Shown in pieces: positions 24,881 through 37,439 of a DNA stretch of 64,000 nucleotides. How positions within the stretch are numbered: position 1 is the stretch's first letter; every line of letters begins with the position of its first letter. The DNA comes from Massalongia carnosa. Its lineage: Eukaryota. The notes under the pieces were generated by a model. The model made no database searches. It worked only from the letters and a program-made list of their open reading frames with translations, and was not told the origin of the DNA. The translations under genes and the position numbers were made by a program. The DNA lies in contig OZ287074.1 in the NCBI GenBank assembly GCA_965645245.1, positions 1,612,001 to 1,676,000 of the forward strand. Direction: 5' to 3'.

Positions 24881-25883
24881 CTATCCAAAAGCCAGGAATT
24901 TCTGCTGAGACTCGTCATGGTCATAACCATCTGCAGCCTAGTGGTCATGACCAATATGAGTCAACTGTTCACAGTTGGCACATTTGTTGTGGTGAGAGAC
25001 ATTGATGACGTTTCAGTTTTTGAAAAAAAGGGTTTGTCCCTCTTGTTTTCATAGACTTCAATGGAAATTTGGGTCGCTTCTTAGGATACTTTTGCCAGCA
25101 TCTTTCTGGTATATGAGCGGTTGTTCCTTTACTCACACATTCCGAAAAAGTGCAAGTTCCTGGCGGTGTCTTATCGTTTCTACTTGAAACGTTGGTACGA
25201 AATGCCTTCTTGTCAAACATATTGACAGAATAAGAGGTAATTGCTCTGCATGCAACAGTGAGATTTGATTTGCCAGTGAGCCAGTCGCGACGAAGTTGAG
25301 CTATAAGAGGTAGGTCGACATTAGAAACGTTCCGTAACAAATATCCTTGAAGAACTTGTTCTGCACCCATTTCGTTTAATTCCGAGTTCTCTTCTATCAT
25401 GCCCTTTATGGAGTTTAATGCATATTCATATTCGGCGCAATATTTAACAGCGATTTTATACTCCGTCATTCTTTTAAAGCTCATGTTGTAAAGAATTTCG
25501 GTGATGCTCATGGGTGCAATATCTTGAAATTTTGTTCTCAAAGTTCTCCACATTTCACCGGCCGATTTGTTTGCAAGAAGAGTATGATGCCTTTGAGCGA
25601 CTCGCTTTTGGATGATCCCTTCGGCCTTGAGCATAAGATGATTCTGTTTTTCAATGTCCGCTCCGACTTTGGTGAAGATCTGTTCATCCTTGATATGTGC
25701 ATCAGTGAATCCCATTCCCAAGTATTTAAGCTTGATTGTTTGATATGAGATAGCTGGTATATTGTCTTGAATAGCCAAGATACAGTATTTTTGCTTTAAA
25801 TTTGCTTCCGTGTGGGTTGCCAATTATGAATAGTCTTCAGCTTTCTCTAATAACAGGACTTTATCCTGAAGAGAATTCGTCAT
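24881..25883 (-). pseudogene. Copia gag and N-terminal part of the protease
   Basis: ATG at 25883, one in-frame stop, ORF 25823-24969 (SAGEMWRTLRTKF; Cys/His knuckle), then WLLDS ending at the insertion junction. Confidence 0.85.
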
Positions 25884-26067
25884 CGCGGGTTGATAAGGTA
25901 AAATAGACAAATTGGATTGATATCTAAAGAGTTCTTATGACACAAGAAATATAGATGATAGATGTAGGATACAAAAGTAAATTCCTATTAAGAAAAACTA
26001 GACAGTGATCCCTTTCTTTAATTATTTATTATTTCTTTATTTCCCGTAGTATCTGTCTCTATGCCTG

Positions 26068-26256
26068 CATTCGGAAGAAAAACTTATATTCCGATAGCGG
26101 CCTAAAAAGCTTTCGCAGCCAGAAGAGAAAATCTCATATTCCGGAAGCGGCTTAAATGGTTCTCGCATTCGGGAGAGATATCTCATATTCCGATAGTGGC
26201 TTTAAAAAAGCTTTCGCATCCAGAAGAGATAATCTCATATTCCGGAAACGGCTTTG
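26068..26256. repeat. Tandem array of four ~50-bp units (A-B-A-B) in the Copia 5' UTR
   Basis: Core ATATTCCG-x-AGCGGC-like motif repeated four times; units 1/3 and 2/4 are most alike. Confidence 0.8.
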
Positions 26257-26858
26257 ATAATTTTTTGAAAGAAGTGATTTAGACTTCAAAGAGAGAGCGG
26301 AACTCGAATAACATGAATTTATCATGTTTCTTGACAGGCTCTCGTCTTTGAGTTGTGTATCTCTTCTTGCCTTGAGTTTTCTGATTATAGTTTTGTCTCT
26401 GATTTTCGAAGAATCTAGCTTAAATAGATTCGCTCGATATTCAAGAGATCAACTAGTTTTATAATAGTACTCAAAGATTTTTTTTTAAATATTATATCTT
26501 CTTAACCAAGCTCTTTCTTGTAAGCAAGTCTTGTACTTAATAAGATGATATCTCTTGCTTTTATGAATCAAGAATAATCGTTGTGGTTTGTATCATTCTC
26601 GTAATAATAAATAGTCAAGGGGTTGTTTTTTTATTTATTTATTCATTAAGTGTATTCAACCTAAGGTTATGACACTAAACTATTTTAAGATATGGTTTTA
26701 TTTTACAAATAAATCAACCCTTTATAACCCAACTATCTATCGTCAATATTGCCCCGTTTTTACTCCGTGTTAGTAACAACCTTTAGTAATCGAAATATTG
26801 ATTTTACAATTTGTTTTTGTAAAGCTCGTAAATATTCCAGCATAAATCATTTCTAATT

Positions 26859-29800
26859 TCACTGTTCGATCTCTCCCCAACCTCCCGTTTCGATATTTTC
26901 GTCATCGAGCTGACCTAGAATCCATTTTCTAGTCGCGATTTTGTTATCAACAATAAATTTAATCAAAATATTATTTCCGATCCTAGTATTAAACAACATT
27001 TTTAAAGTAATTGGGGTATCGATATTTTGTTTCATGTTTAGGATTTCATTTGAATAATGTATGCAATTCATCAATAAGTGTTCTGGCGTTTGACGTTCGT
27101 TGCAGCGCCCTGTGCATTTTGACGAATTATAATCTTTCAATCGGTGCAGATATGATCGAAAATAACCGTGTTCGAATTTCATTTGCATAATAGTCGCAAA
27201 TATTAATTTCGAACAATTATTCGACAGATAATAAAAACTCGATTTGCCCGGCTGCATTTCGAATTTCTCATAGTATTTGCCTTTTGACTTGCATTGTTGC
27301 CATTGATTCGCCCATGTGGCTAACATATTTCGATTTATTTGACCCTTTACATAATCAAATGTTATTATCGAAGACTCGACTAGGATTCGACTATGTCCCG
27401 CTTTTGCTGCTTTATCTGCAATTTCATTTTCGACGATTTTCGAATGACTAGGAATCCATTGTAGAACCACCTGATAATTGTTTCCGAATAAGCATTTCGA
27501 GAATTTTCGAATTTGTTTTGCGTAAGTATGATTTATCAAGTTCTGAATTTCGTTTATCGCGTTTATGCTATCGGAAAAATCCAAATCGTTTTTTCCAAAT
27601 TGAAGAGAATATTCGCAATTGTCAATTTGTATACCCATTTTATTGCTTGTAGTGTCGCATACAGTTCAGCGTTTTTAACGCTTGACTGTTTGTTTAATTT
27701 CCAGCTTTTCGAAATCGTATGATATTTGAGGAGACAATCTTTTTCGATAAAACGATTGAAGTTATCGGTGAAATTGTTCCAATTTCGCGTAATTGGTGCA
27801 AATGTGACAGCGGAAGTTGAAAACTCGGTTTTTGATCCATCGGTATAGAGTAACATTCGCGATTTATCGGCGTTTATTGATTGAATTTTTGATAAAGTCG
27901 AATAATAACTTGACTTTGCTGTTTCTTTGGATCTTTCGATTTGGAACTTGATTTTACAAGACGGCTTCCATGGTTTGATGAAATTATTTAGTGATTCGAA
28001 TTCATCAGTTTTGTGAACTATATCCGAAACGGAATGAAGAATACGGATAAGCTGACTAGGATGAGGTTTACTCGATTTTTTCTCGTCTTCGTTCCATTCA
28101 GCATATCTGTTGTTCCATAAACTAGTGTCAAAACCGATGTTTTCGAATTTCACAGAATAGGTACTGGGAATTCTTTGACAAATAGGATTATTTTCGGCAA
28201 TCTTCAATAATCGAATTGCGTATTTTTGATTTTTCATCAACAATCGTAGCTTGGCTTGTAAAATATGCGATTCAATTTCCATCCCCTGAACAGGCGTCGT
28301 TTTGAATGTGCCTAAAATCTTTCGAATAATTCGATTTTGCAGATTCTGAAATAGCTTTTCATATTTCTTTTGACTGTTATACTAGATTTCTGAGCCATAG
28401 TCCGAAATAGGAATAATGCATGACAGATAGAGCTGTCTGCATGCAGTTGGCTTTAGTCCCCATTCAGACTTCATCAAATTTTGAATTGCGAAAAACGATC
28501 GATTTGCAGAAGCAATTCGCGTTTCGACGTGTTTTTTGTAATTTAGTATTCGGTCTAACCAGACTCCTAACCATTTGACAGAATTTTTCGGTTCTAGTAT
28601 TGTCCCGTTTGGTAATTGCACTTTGTCTTTTGATGCATTTCTTGACTTTTCGAAGTGAATCAACTCAGATTTGTCGTCATCAAATTTGACATTATTCGTT
28701 GCGGCCTTATTAAAAGCTGTTTTGACGATAATTTCGATTTCTTTGCAATTCTGTTTGGCAGTTTTATTTTCGACATATATTGCAACATCGTCTATAAAGC
28801 TAGGTGAATGAGCATTGAATTTCATTCGTATTTTCGGAAATAAGTAACGAATATAAATCAGAAATAGAATTGGCGAAATTGGTGAACCTTGTGGAATTCC
28901 AGATTCGATATAGTACGTTTTGCTTTTATGTTCATCGAATATCAAATTGATCGATCGTTTTGTCATAAAATGCTTGACCCATTGAATAACTATGCGAGAT
29001 AAATGCAGCTTTCTCATGATATTTAGCAATTGATTAATCGAAACAAAGTCAAATGCTCCTTTGACATTGAGTAATAGATATGATAAAACGTTTTTGTTTC
29101 GGTTTGCGATTTCGATGTCATGAACGACGTTCATTACCGCATCGATTGCAGAATGATTTTTCCGTCCGCCCATTTGTTCGGTATCTAACAAGCTCGAATT
29201 TTCGCCGAGGTAGGCTAGTCGATTAGCAACTATTTTCTCCGCAATTTTACCAAGACAATTCAGTAAGGTAATAATTCGATATGATTTTGGCAGCGAGTAG
29301 TCTGGTTTATTAGGTTTTTTTAAAACAGCACCGAGTCCTGTTCGACAACATAACGGGTGATAACCGATTTGTATAAATTTAGAATAAATAGTTAAAAACA
29401 CGTTTTTCAATGGTTGAAACGATTTTTGAATTATTGTGAAATTGATTGCATCAGGTCCACATGATTTCTTTGGATTAAACAAACTAATCGCATTTTGCAA
29501 TTCATTTTCGGTTAAATTCGGCCAATTGTTGTCATTTTCGCTGTCTTGATTCGTTAAATCTTCAATATTATCATCCGTGAACGGGTTTTTTGTGTACATT
29601 GCTGACACAAACGCATCCCATTTGTGATCGAATTGAACATTTAACTTATTTTCATATTGAATAGGTGGTATTTTTTCGAACATGCGCGGTTTAGTGTATT
29701 TATAAGCTGTAAATACGTCTTTATTCGCTGCGTTTTCGAGGAAAGCCAACCAAGTTTGCTGTTTCGCTTTTCGAGTTTCATGAAAGTACTCGATTCGACT

Positions 29801-30871
29801 ATGGCTAAATGTTTGATGACTAAAATAGGACGGATTATTCTTCCATTCTCGACGATGTCTACACATGATTTTTCGAAGTCCGGATAAATCTTGCGACCAC
29901 CAATTTTTCGATTTTGCGCATATTTTTGTCTTCGGAATAAACATTTCAGCCGCGTTTTTGATAACGTTTTGCAAATATAACGCTGATTTATCAAATTGAT
30001 AATTGTTCAATAGACTTTGTATTTGGGACTCGTAGTTTATTGCATTTTCGTCTAGAAACTTCGCGAATTTATCCCAATCGGCTTTATTGCAGTTGTATTT
30101 ATTCGATAATGCGGTTGCGTGTGACGTCAAGTTCTTGAAAGACGCAATAAGTTCAAATCGAATAATTTCATGATCTGAACCCGTGACTGCGTTTTCATCG
30201 ATTGACCAATTTGTAATTGCGTTTTCGATTTTAGAATTTGCAAATGTTAAATCAATAATAGATGAAGAGTTTCCTGAATGAGCAAAAAATGTATATAGAT
30301 CAGGCGTATTTATCAAACTAAATTTGTTTAATTTTAACCATTTGACTAGATTTTCTGATCGAATTGCATTTTGAATCTTCGAATTCCACCAGCTAGGATG
30401 TGCATTGAAATCTCCACATATGACAAATTGATCAGTTGATATAGGTTGATATTTAACTAAAAGTCGATCGATTGTATATGTTTCTCGATCGTTTAGACTT
30501 TTTTCATTGTAAAGGTTAAAGATCTGCACTTTTCGAACTTCATCAATTGTAATTTCGATAATTTGCAGATCAGTATCGTTTATAAGATCCGTTCTAGGCG
30601 TGCATTGTAATTTTGGATTGCATTTTGTAACGAATATAGCTACTTTCGGCCGATAAGTCGCTATTTTCGGCATAATACATGTGAATGACGGATGGGAAAT
30701 TGTTTTTTGATCTCGCGTCCATGGTTCCTGAAATAAAACAATATCAACACGATTTAATACTGCATATTCCAGACACGAAATCATTGCATTCGTTGACTTT
30801 GCACAATTATGTTGAATAAATTTGACATTTTGTTTATTTTCGATATTTGTCAACGAATGTTGTCCCGCAAT
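26859..30871 (-). pseudogene. LINE-C ORF2 (start codon mutated, stop, frameshift)
   Basis: ORFs 30853-28382, 28282-27563 and 27638-26859 are collinear with LINE-B ORF2. Confidence 0.92.
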
Positions 30872-32453
30872 TAACCAAGCATTAATTCATCATTCGATTT
30901 TCTAGGATTTAGCGAGATAAACATTTCGCAACCTATATCGTTCGATTGATGATTTTTGTTGCAATTGACGCATTTCAGTATTGCATGTGCGCATGCGATT
31001 TTAGACTTGCATGTTGTGCATTCATGATTATGCGTTTCATGACTTTGTGCGCATATATTGCATTTTGCCGGACTTTTACATTGATAATGCTTATGTCTAA
31101 ATTTCTGACAATTAATACATTGCGTGTTTGGACGAACGGAAGCAAATATTTCCGTGTCACAATGTCTACCCGCGATATTCACGCCTCTTAACGCGTTTGA
31201 CGCTTGATTTTGATTATTGAAAGTCAAAACTACCGACGACGTTACTTTGTTTTGACGATCCCGAGCAAGCCATCTTGGTAAATCGCATAGTTGCATATTC
31301 GAATTGTATTTTTCGATTTCGGTTTGCAAATATGGCATGTTATTATCGAATAACGAGATATTTACTCCCTGTGCTATGACTTTAAACCAAAATTCGTCTT
31401 TTCGAATTCTTTGTGATTCGAAAATGTGTTCCCATGAAGATTTATTTTTCAACAATTCTTCGGCATTGTTGTCAGGGCTAGTGGTGAGAACGATATTCTG
31501 ACCGGTTTTGGACTTTTCAACAGTATTGACGATGATGTTTAAATTTGCGTTATTTAATAGCGCGTTAATTTGATCACGCAACTTCATAGAGTCGATTTGA
31601 GCGTCAGGATTTTTCGGTGAAATCACGAGTCGTCTGGCCTTGATTGCATCAAATCGATCGACTTTGTTCGAATTATGATTCGAACTTTTCCTTTGAATAG
31701 TAGTCCAATTTTCGGAGTTTTCGGTTGCTTTTCCAAGCATTTGACTCCATGTACCGGTTGTGCTAACATTGTTACCAGAGACCCCGGTGGCTCCTTTGCG
31801 AATGGTCTGATTTTCGATAATTGAATTTTCGTTCAATTTAACAACAGGTTTTTGGATTTTTGGACCATTCTGTAGTGGAGTCGTTTGTTGTTGTGACGTT
31901 TTTGTGGAAAGATGACTAGTTTGATCAAGTACTATGCCCATTTTATAGGTAATCATATCTAAGGATGTTTGTAAATTGATTGATTATTTCGAAATCAACG
32001 AATTAACGTTGTCAATTACGATAGCCGTTTGTGGATTTTGGTCCAGTACAAATGATTGCAATAATGCTTTTTTGGCCGACTTTAGAAGCTCAATTGAATT
32101 GCCCGATTGATCGCTTCTTGGCTATCTCTCGAATGTTCGTCAAATGTGCGTCTTTTATTTCGTTTGATTGGTGGGCTTGATCCAATGTTTAAGTTCAATG
32201 AAGGCATCGGCAAGATAGTGGAAAATGGACCTGATGGGAATTTCGTTGCCTTTGGTGTCGGTGTTGACGAGGCTGATGCATATTCGCGAGTTTGATCCAT
32301 AGGTTCAAGACGGGGAGAGCTCCCTATCAACGCCACCGGAGATGGTCCGGGGGAGTGTCGGGGGGGGGCCGGGTAAGGGGTCGATAGGGGGGCGGGACCG
32401 GCTGGGGGTGGTGTCCTTGGTATATTCCGGCGGTTCATTACCGCGTTAAACAT
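30871..32453 (-). pseudogene. LINE-C ORF1 (frameshifted)
   Basis: ORFs 32453-32082 and 31956-30871 align to LINE-A/B ORF1. Confidence 0.9.
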
Positions 32454-33510
32454 GATTTTATAAATAAATCGATGTTGCCTTTGCTATATCCCCTTCATCG
32501 CCACCAAATAATTTATTCTGACGTTCCCCGGACGTAATAGTCAGAATAGAGAGTTTTTACGCCGATTTACTGGTCTAAAGATTCTTGCTTTCCAAACCCT
32601 ATTTATTTGACAATAACAAGTCAAATAAATCCTAGTCGAGTTAAAATAGACCGTTCCTCGCTTAGGCAATAGATCTTATTTAACTCTTTACCTTGACACT
32701 ACGATATTTGGAATATAATAAGAATTTTACGATCGAACAGAAAATTTTTTTTTTTTAAAAAATGTTTTTGATCCAGAAATAAAAATCAAGTACAATGAGA
32801 GAGTAGGAGACTTCCTATTCTGGTTAGCCTGAAACAGGGCCTTTGGTTTAACCCTATTTCAGACGTTTTTCCCCTTCGTTTCAGCAGATTGTTGGTCGGC
32901 AGTTCAACGAAAATCGAAAAAACCCAAAATGGAATAGTGTATACGGTACCGGTAACCTTAAATTTCAAATGAACACCAAGAAGTTTTGTTGTCTCGAGAA
33001 CAGGTTGTACAGTTACGCGACAGTGATGATATTTTGTAGATAATTTTTGTGATAATAGATGAGATCTATGCGATAATTAAACCGAAGAAACATCGAAAAT
33101 CGAGCGATTTTTGACGTTGTTGTTGGTGTTTTTGTGTTTTGTAGATTTTTTGGACGCGCTTTTTGGTGAAGGGGCGGACAGACCGCGAGGAAAACTCTGC
33201 AGGAGCAGTAGAAGAGCTCTCCTGTACCCAATTCTGATTGGTTTTAGCTTCTGGTAGGCTCAAATGAATGAGAAGAATGAGGAGAATAAGTTGGGAAAGT
33301 TTCAGTATATCAAAATATAGGGTACCGATGTTTTCGGGGTTGGCTTTTGGGATCGTCAATGCCAAGGGGTTGAGATTGTTTCTAAAGACACATACGATTC
33401 AGCTTCTTGTCTGTAAGAATTCAAACAGATACGATTGCTTAGCTTATTTAGCAATGCAGTACTGCGGATAAAAGGCTTTCGATTCGTGTAGAATCAATAG
33501 CGCCCTCCGG

Positions 33511-34087
33511 TACAATCAGGTTCACTCTCCAAAAAACGCATCAAATTGCACGAAACTCTTGCCAAAGCGGAGAGCGCGCTAGCCATTCAGATACGCTCAG
33601 AAAAGATAGGCCTAGCCGCATTCCTACATAGACACCGAGTCCCAGACGTCTCGTCCCCAAATTGCTCATGTGGCTGGCACAAATAGACTGCACAACATGT
33701 AGTCATGTTTTGCAAGCTCAACGACAACAGAAAAACTCTTCTAAATACGATAGGCACAAACAACTATCGATTAATCACTGAGTCAACTAGAGCAATATAA
33801 TTGGTCACAAAGTGGCTAATGAAGACAGGTCTGTTGTCACAATTTTCGCTGACAGCACAGCATCTATACTGCTAACAGTAGGCATGTTTGTTTCATTTTT
33901 TATACTTGTCTTAGGTCAAAGGTTTTTTCATGGAGCACACGGCTAGGACCCGGAGGGTCCTCGGCCGGGCATAGGATTGCATGGTTTTCTTCCTCAAAAG
34001 GTTTTCCATGTACTATAAAGCTAGATAGACTCGCCCGCATGGGCCGGCCTTCGGCCGGTACCACATCGGAATAAGAATCATCATTAG
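33511..34087 (+). mobile_element. LINE-D: 5'-truncated LINE of a different family (ORF2 C-terminal zinc finger plus 3' UTR), inserted beside the Copia PBS
   Basis: TSD CAATAGCGCCC(T)TCCGG (33495-33510 / 34088-34104); translation ...IQIRSEKIGLAAFLHRHRVPDVSSPNCSCGWHK*TAQHVVMFC...KWLMKTGLLSQF. Confidence 0.88.
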
Positions 34088-34102
34088 CAATAGCGCCCTT
34101 CC

Positions 34103-34114
34103 GGGCTCATAACC
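34103..34114 (-). promoter_or_regulatory. Copia PBS GGTTATGAGCCC (Ty5/Hemivirus-type, internal tRNA-iMet fragment primer)
   Basis: Abuts the LTR CA end; same word as the Ty5-type PBS. Confidence 0.85.
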
Positions 34115-34346
34115 TGTTGAAACAGGTATATGACTTTGACTATATGACTATGTAATAATAAGTGTTTGTATAACCGTGATGTTAAGGATGAAGAGTGCTG
34201 TTCAGCAGTCTTTATCCTATTACTGGTTACCTTCTGTTAAGTGAGGTGATATTTATCTTATCTTGGGACTAACTTAGGCCTAATGCGGCTTCTACGGTTT
34301 CTTAGATGCTATGTTTATTGTAATGATAGGAGTTGGATAATCAACA
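34115..34346 (-). repeat. Copia 5' LTR (232 bp)
   Basis: TGTTGA...TCAACA inverted termini; related solo copy at 61842-62077. Confidence 0.88.
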
Positions 34347-35172
34347 GGTTTATTATGCAGGTTTCCAGGTTAAACCGTTCATCCCGGTCAGTTTTCTCTG
34401 CAAATTAAATATGAAAATTCGACGAAAATATGACGTTTAAAGTGATAAAAATTTTGCTTGCTAATAATCATTTCTTGATGACAAATTTTCAGAAATTTTC
34501 AGAATGTCAAATGTGTTTATAACGTCTAATAAACACGTTTAAAAATGACATAAAAAGTCGACCGGGTCGAACGTGTAACGGTTCGACCATGCGTGGTTTA
34601 GACGGCAGGCGAACATAACAGGAGTCCCAGTTATAGTAGAATAGAGCTTGGTCTGCGGATTAAGTATTGTGCCTTTTAGTCGGGAAGGGCAGGTGGCACA
34701 ATGGTAGAAATCTATTCACTATCTCGCTTCGTCATAAAACGAGTCAAACGGGTTGAGCCCTAAAGGTTCCCCAGCCCGACCCGTTGCGCGGCGTAAGTCC
34801 ACTAGTCAAAACCTGACTGTACTAGACCCCTTGCACGACGAAAGATAATCGTATATTTTATGTTTGTTAAATTAATAAATATTCATAAAATTAAATAAAG
34901 TTGAATATTCAGCAAAATATATCGTTCGTAACCTGCGTAATCAATTAAAAAGTTGTTTACTTGGAAATATTTAGCGAAATAAATCAATTCGAAAAATTTA
35001 ATCTGTTTATGGTGAAATATTCGCGAGCCAAAATGGAAACAGGGCAGGGTCATCCGGGGGTGATCTATACGAATCTACGCACGTCTTGAATACTGAGGCA
35101 AACTTTACACAGACTCGCAAATTTATTTTAAAATAGTATTTATTACGACGATCAGTATTTACAACTTGTGTT

Positions 35173-35428
35173 TGTTACGGTCTACCTAGTGGATAGTTAT
35201 AGGGACGCCATGAACGAAAATAATAAAGATAAAGAGGAAAGAAAGACTCGAAAAGCTGGACTCGTTCCCTATAAAGCAACGCGCTCTATAGTCCCCATTC
35301 AGTAAGGTCGTGAAAAAGTTTTACGCGCTTTCTCGTGACTCCTGCCGGCCGGCCGACAGGTCCCTCTTCGTTTTCCGTAGGTGCTCGATTAGGCTTAGTT
35401 CCTAAAGGCAAAATGTTGAATCGTGACA
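35173..35428 (-). repeat. Gypsy-D 3' LTR
   Basis: TG...CA; diverged direct repeat of 50973-51219. Confidence 0.93.
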
Positions 35429-35541
35429 CTACAGTCGAACCCCGCTATAACGATGGTGGCGTTTTACCAAAATAATTTCGTTATAGCGGGATTTTCGTTA
35501 TATCGGGGGAGATAGGGAAATTCATGGTAATTTACTACTTT

Positions 35542-36056
35542 TGTCAGGGCATAGAATGAATAAGGGCTAAGCTAACTAAGCGGGGCTTAGTTCTACGGCT
35601 AGGCTTAGTCATATGGAAAGCAGTTGGTCTGCGTTACGCGGCTGGTATCTACTGCCGAGAGTATAGTACGAGCGATCGAGATATACGAGGATGCTCGTAC
35701 GATTAGTGAGCGAATGGTACGATATAGTCAGCACAGTATCCACGATACAGTCAGCACAGTGTCTACGATACAGTCAGCACAGTGTCCACGATGCAGTCAG
35801 CAGAGTGTTTAGCCGGCTTATCCGGTAGGAGTAATGGGCGGTCAAGATAGTTACAGTATCAAGGGCCCAGAGGGTCAAGGGCTTCGGTCCGGGTATATAA
35901 GGAGGCTGCTCGAGGGAGATGCAATCTTCAACGATTAGTCTTCCGCTTTACCTACATACTTCTTTTAGTATATTAGTATAGCAAATCATTAGTGTCTTCA
36001 CATTGTCACATATCCCTAGGCCTGGTGTCTGATAATCGCCAGGTCTGACTCTTACA
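35542..36056 (+). repeat. Gypsy-E 5' LTR (contains ~3.5 x 23-bp tandem CGATACAGTCAGCACAGTGTC(C/T)A)
   Basis: Direct repeat of 41514-42028; TATATAA at 35894. Confidence 0.97.
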
Positions 36057-36133
36057 ATTCTAATCGTTCTATCCTTCAAGGAGTGACGATCCGTTGACAC
36101 ATTTATACACCTTCTATACACTATCGTCCCGCC

Positions 36134-37374
36134 ATGTCCGCGCAAGAAGTTGCCTCTGATACCATGATGCCGGAGGAGCGGATCGAAGAACTTTCGGATT
36201 CTGAGGGCCCTGGAAGAGGAGCCCTGACCCCAATGGAAAAAGTAGTCGAACCCATTCAACCCCTGACGTTGGATGAACAGACAGCGCAAGCTGAGCGCAG
36301 GCGTAGCGAACTTAAGAAGGAAGTACGTCTGAGGAATTTGAAAGCCAGTATTGAGCAACTGCAAGAACAAACTCAAAAGCCTTCGAAACCTCTAAACCCT
36401 ACCGGATCATCCAAGGAACCGGTAATGAGAGGAGCCATTAACCCTCGTTCTGACGACGATGTAGAGATGACGAGTAGCCAGTCAGTACCTGTTGTTGTTT
36501 ACAGGAGACGCGCTGCTAGACCCGAGAAAGTCAGTCCCTATCATGGAAAAACGGTCAAGGAACATCTGGATTATGAGCGGAACTGCAGAGTGGCGTTTCG
36601 CGTGGAAAAGAGGACTTCCCAGATGATGAATCCAAGATCGCTTTCGCAATGCAATCGCTGGAAGGGGAGCCTAAGGAAGCTTGGCATCGATATGAGGCAG
36701 ACGGTGAAATGCAAAATTATACCTTCGAAGAGTACTTGAAATTCTTGTTAAATATTGTCGAGGACCCAGTTAATCGAGGTCTGCATATGGCCCAATTATT
36801 TGCCGAAGCCAAGCAAGGAGAGAAGCAAACGGTAAGAGCTTTCGAGGCGCACTTGAGTAGCCTCGAGGACCAGTTGCCCTCCTATACCGAAGAACAAAGA
36901 GCGACTCATCTGTTTACTAAGTTGCGGCCGTCTATTAGAGCAGCTATAGGCAACTATCAGAATATTCCAAGGACTAGAGAAGCTCTGGTGACTCTGGCCA
37001 GTAGGCTGGAAAACAATCAGAAAAAAGAAAACGATGTCTTAACGACGTCGAAGCATGAGCGTCCAAATGGTTCTCACCCCCCTCGCACTAAATCACATAG
37101 AGATAAGAGAAACGAGGAGATAAAAGACACTGACAAACCAAAACCTACGAAAGACGGTAAAAGGGGTCAGAAAAGAAAGCATGCTGAGACAAAGGAAAGT
37201 ACCGACGAGGTGACATGTTATCGCTGCGGAGAACAGGGTCACTACGCCAACAAGTGTCCCAACCCTCCTAAAGACGACAAGGAGCCGAAGCACGGTGTGA
37301 ACGCCGTCGCAAAGTCGGGAAAAGCCAAACCTCCACGGAAAGCTCGCCAGCCGATGGAGGGAAACGATCAGTAG
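36134..37374 (+). pseudogene. Gypsy-E gag (one frameshift near 36610)
   Basis: ORFs 36134-36739 and 36649-37374; CYRCGEQGHYANKC knuckle. Confidence 0.88.
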
Positions 37375-37439
37375 AAAGCGAGCCAAGCCTAATTCCCGAG
37401 GGGAATATAACGAGGGGAGGCCAAAAATACCCGGCGACA

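Larger units (their letters stand above)
26626..33360 (-). mobile_element. LINE-C: full-length, degenerate Tad1-like LINE (sister subfamily of A/B) in the Copia 5' UTR
   Basis: TSD G(T/C)CAAGGGGTTG (26614-26625 / 33361-33372); poly(T) at the left end; ORF1 and ORF2 on minus. Confidence 0.94.
1..34346 (-). mobile_element. Degenerate Ty1/Copia LTR retrotransposon (outermost member of nest 1; 3' part runs off window start)
   Basis: 5' LTR 34115-34346 (TGTTG...CAACA) followed on minus by PBS GGTTATGAGCCC; gag at 25883-24969. Protease motif WLLDS|AAEIHVCN is reconstituted by joining 24881 to 1774. GAG-pre-integrase (WHACLGH) and integrase (RTDFGTE...QNGVSKR) follow in Copia order. Confidence 0.9.

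Noticed and set aside
34747..34830. Hairpin followed by CTAG, like a Helitron 3' end
   Set aside because: Hairpin geometry is atypical, and no 5' TC terminus or Rep/helicase remnant could be identified.
35720..35810. 23-bp repeats resembling a CRISPR array
   Set aside because: Head-to-tail tandem units with no spacers, inside a eukaryotic LTR; no cas genes.
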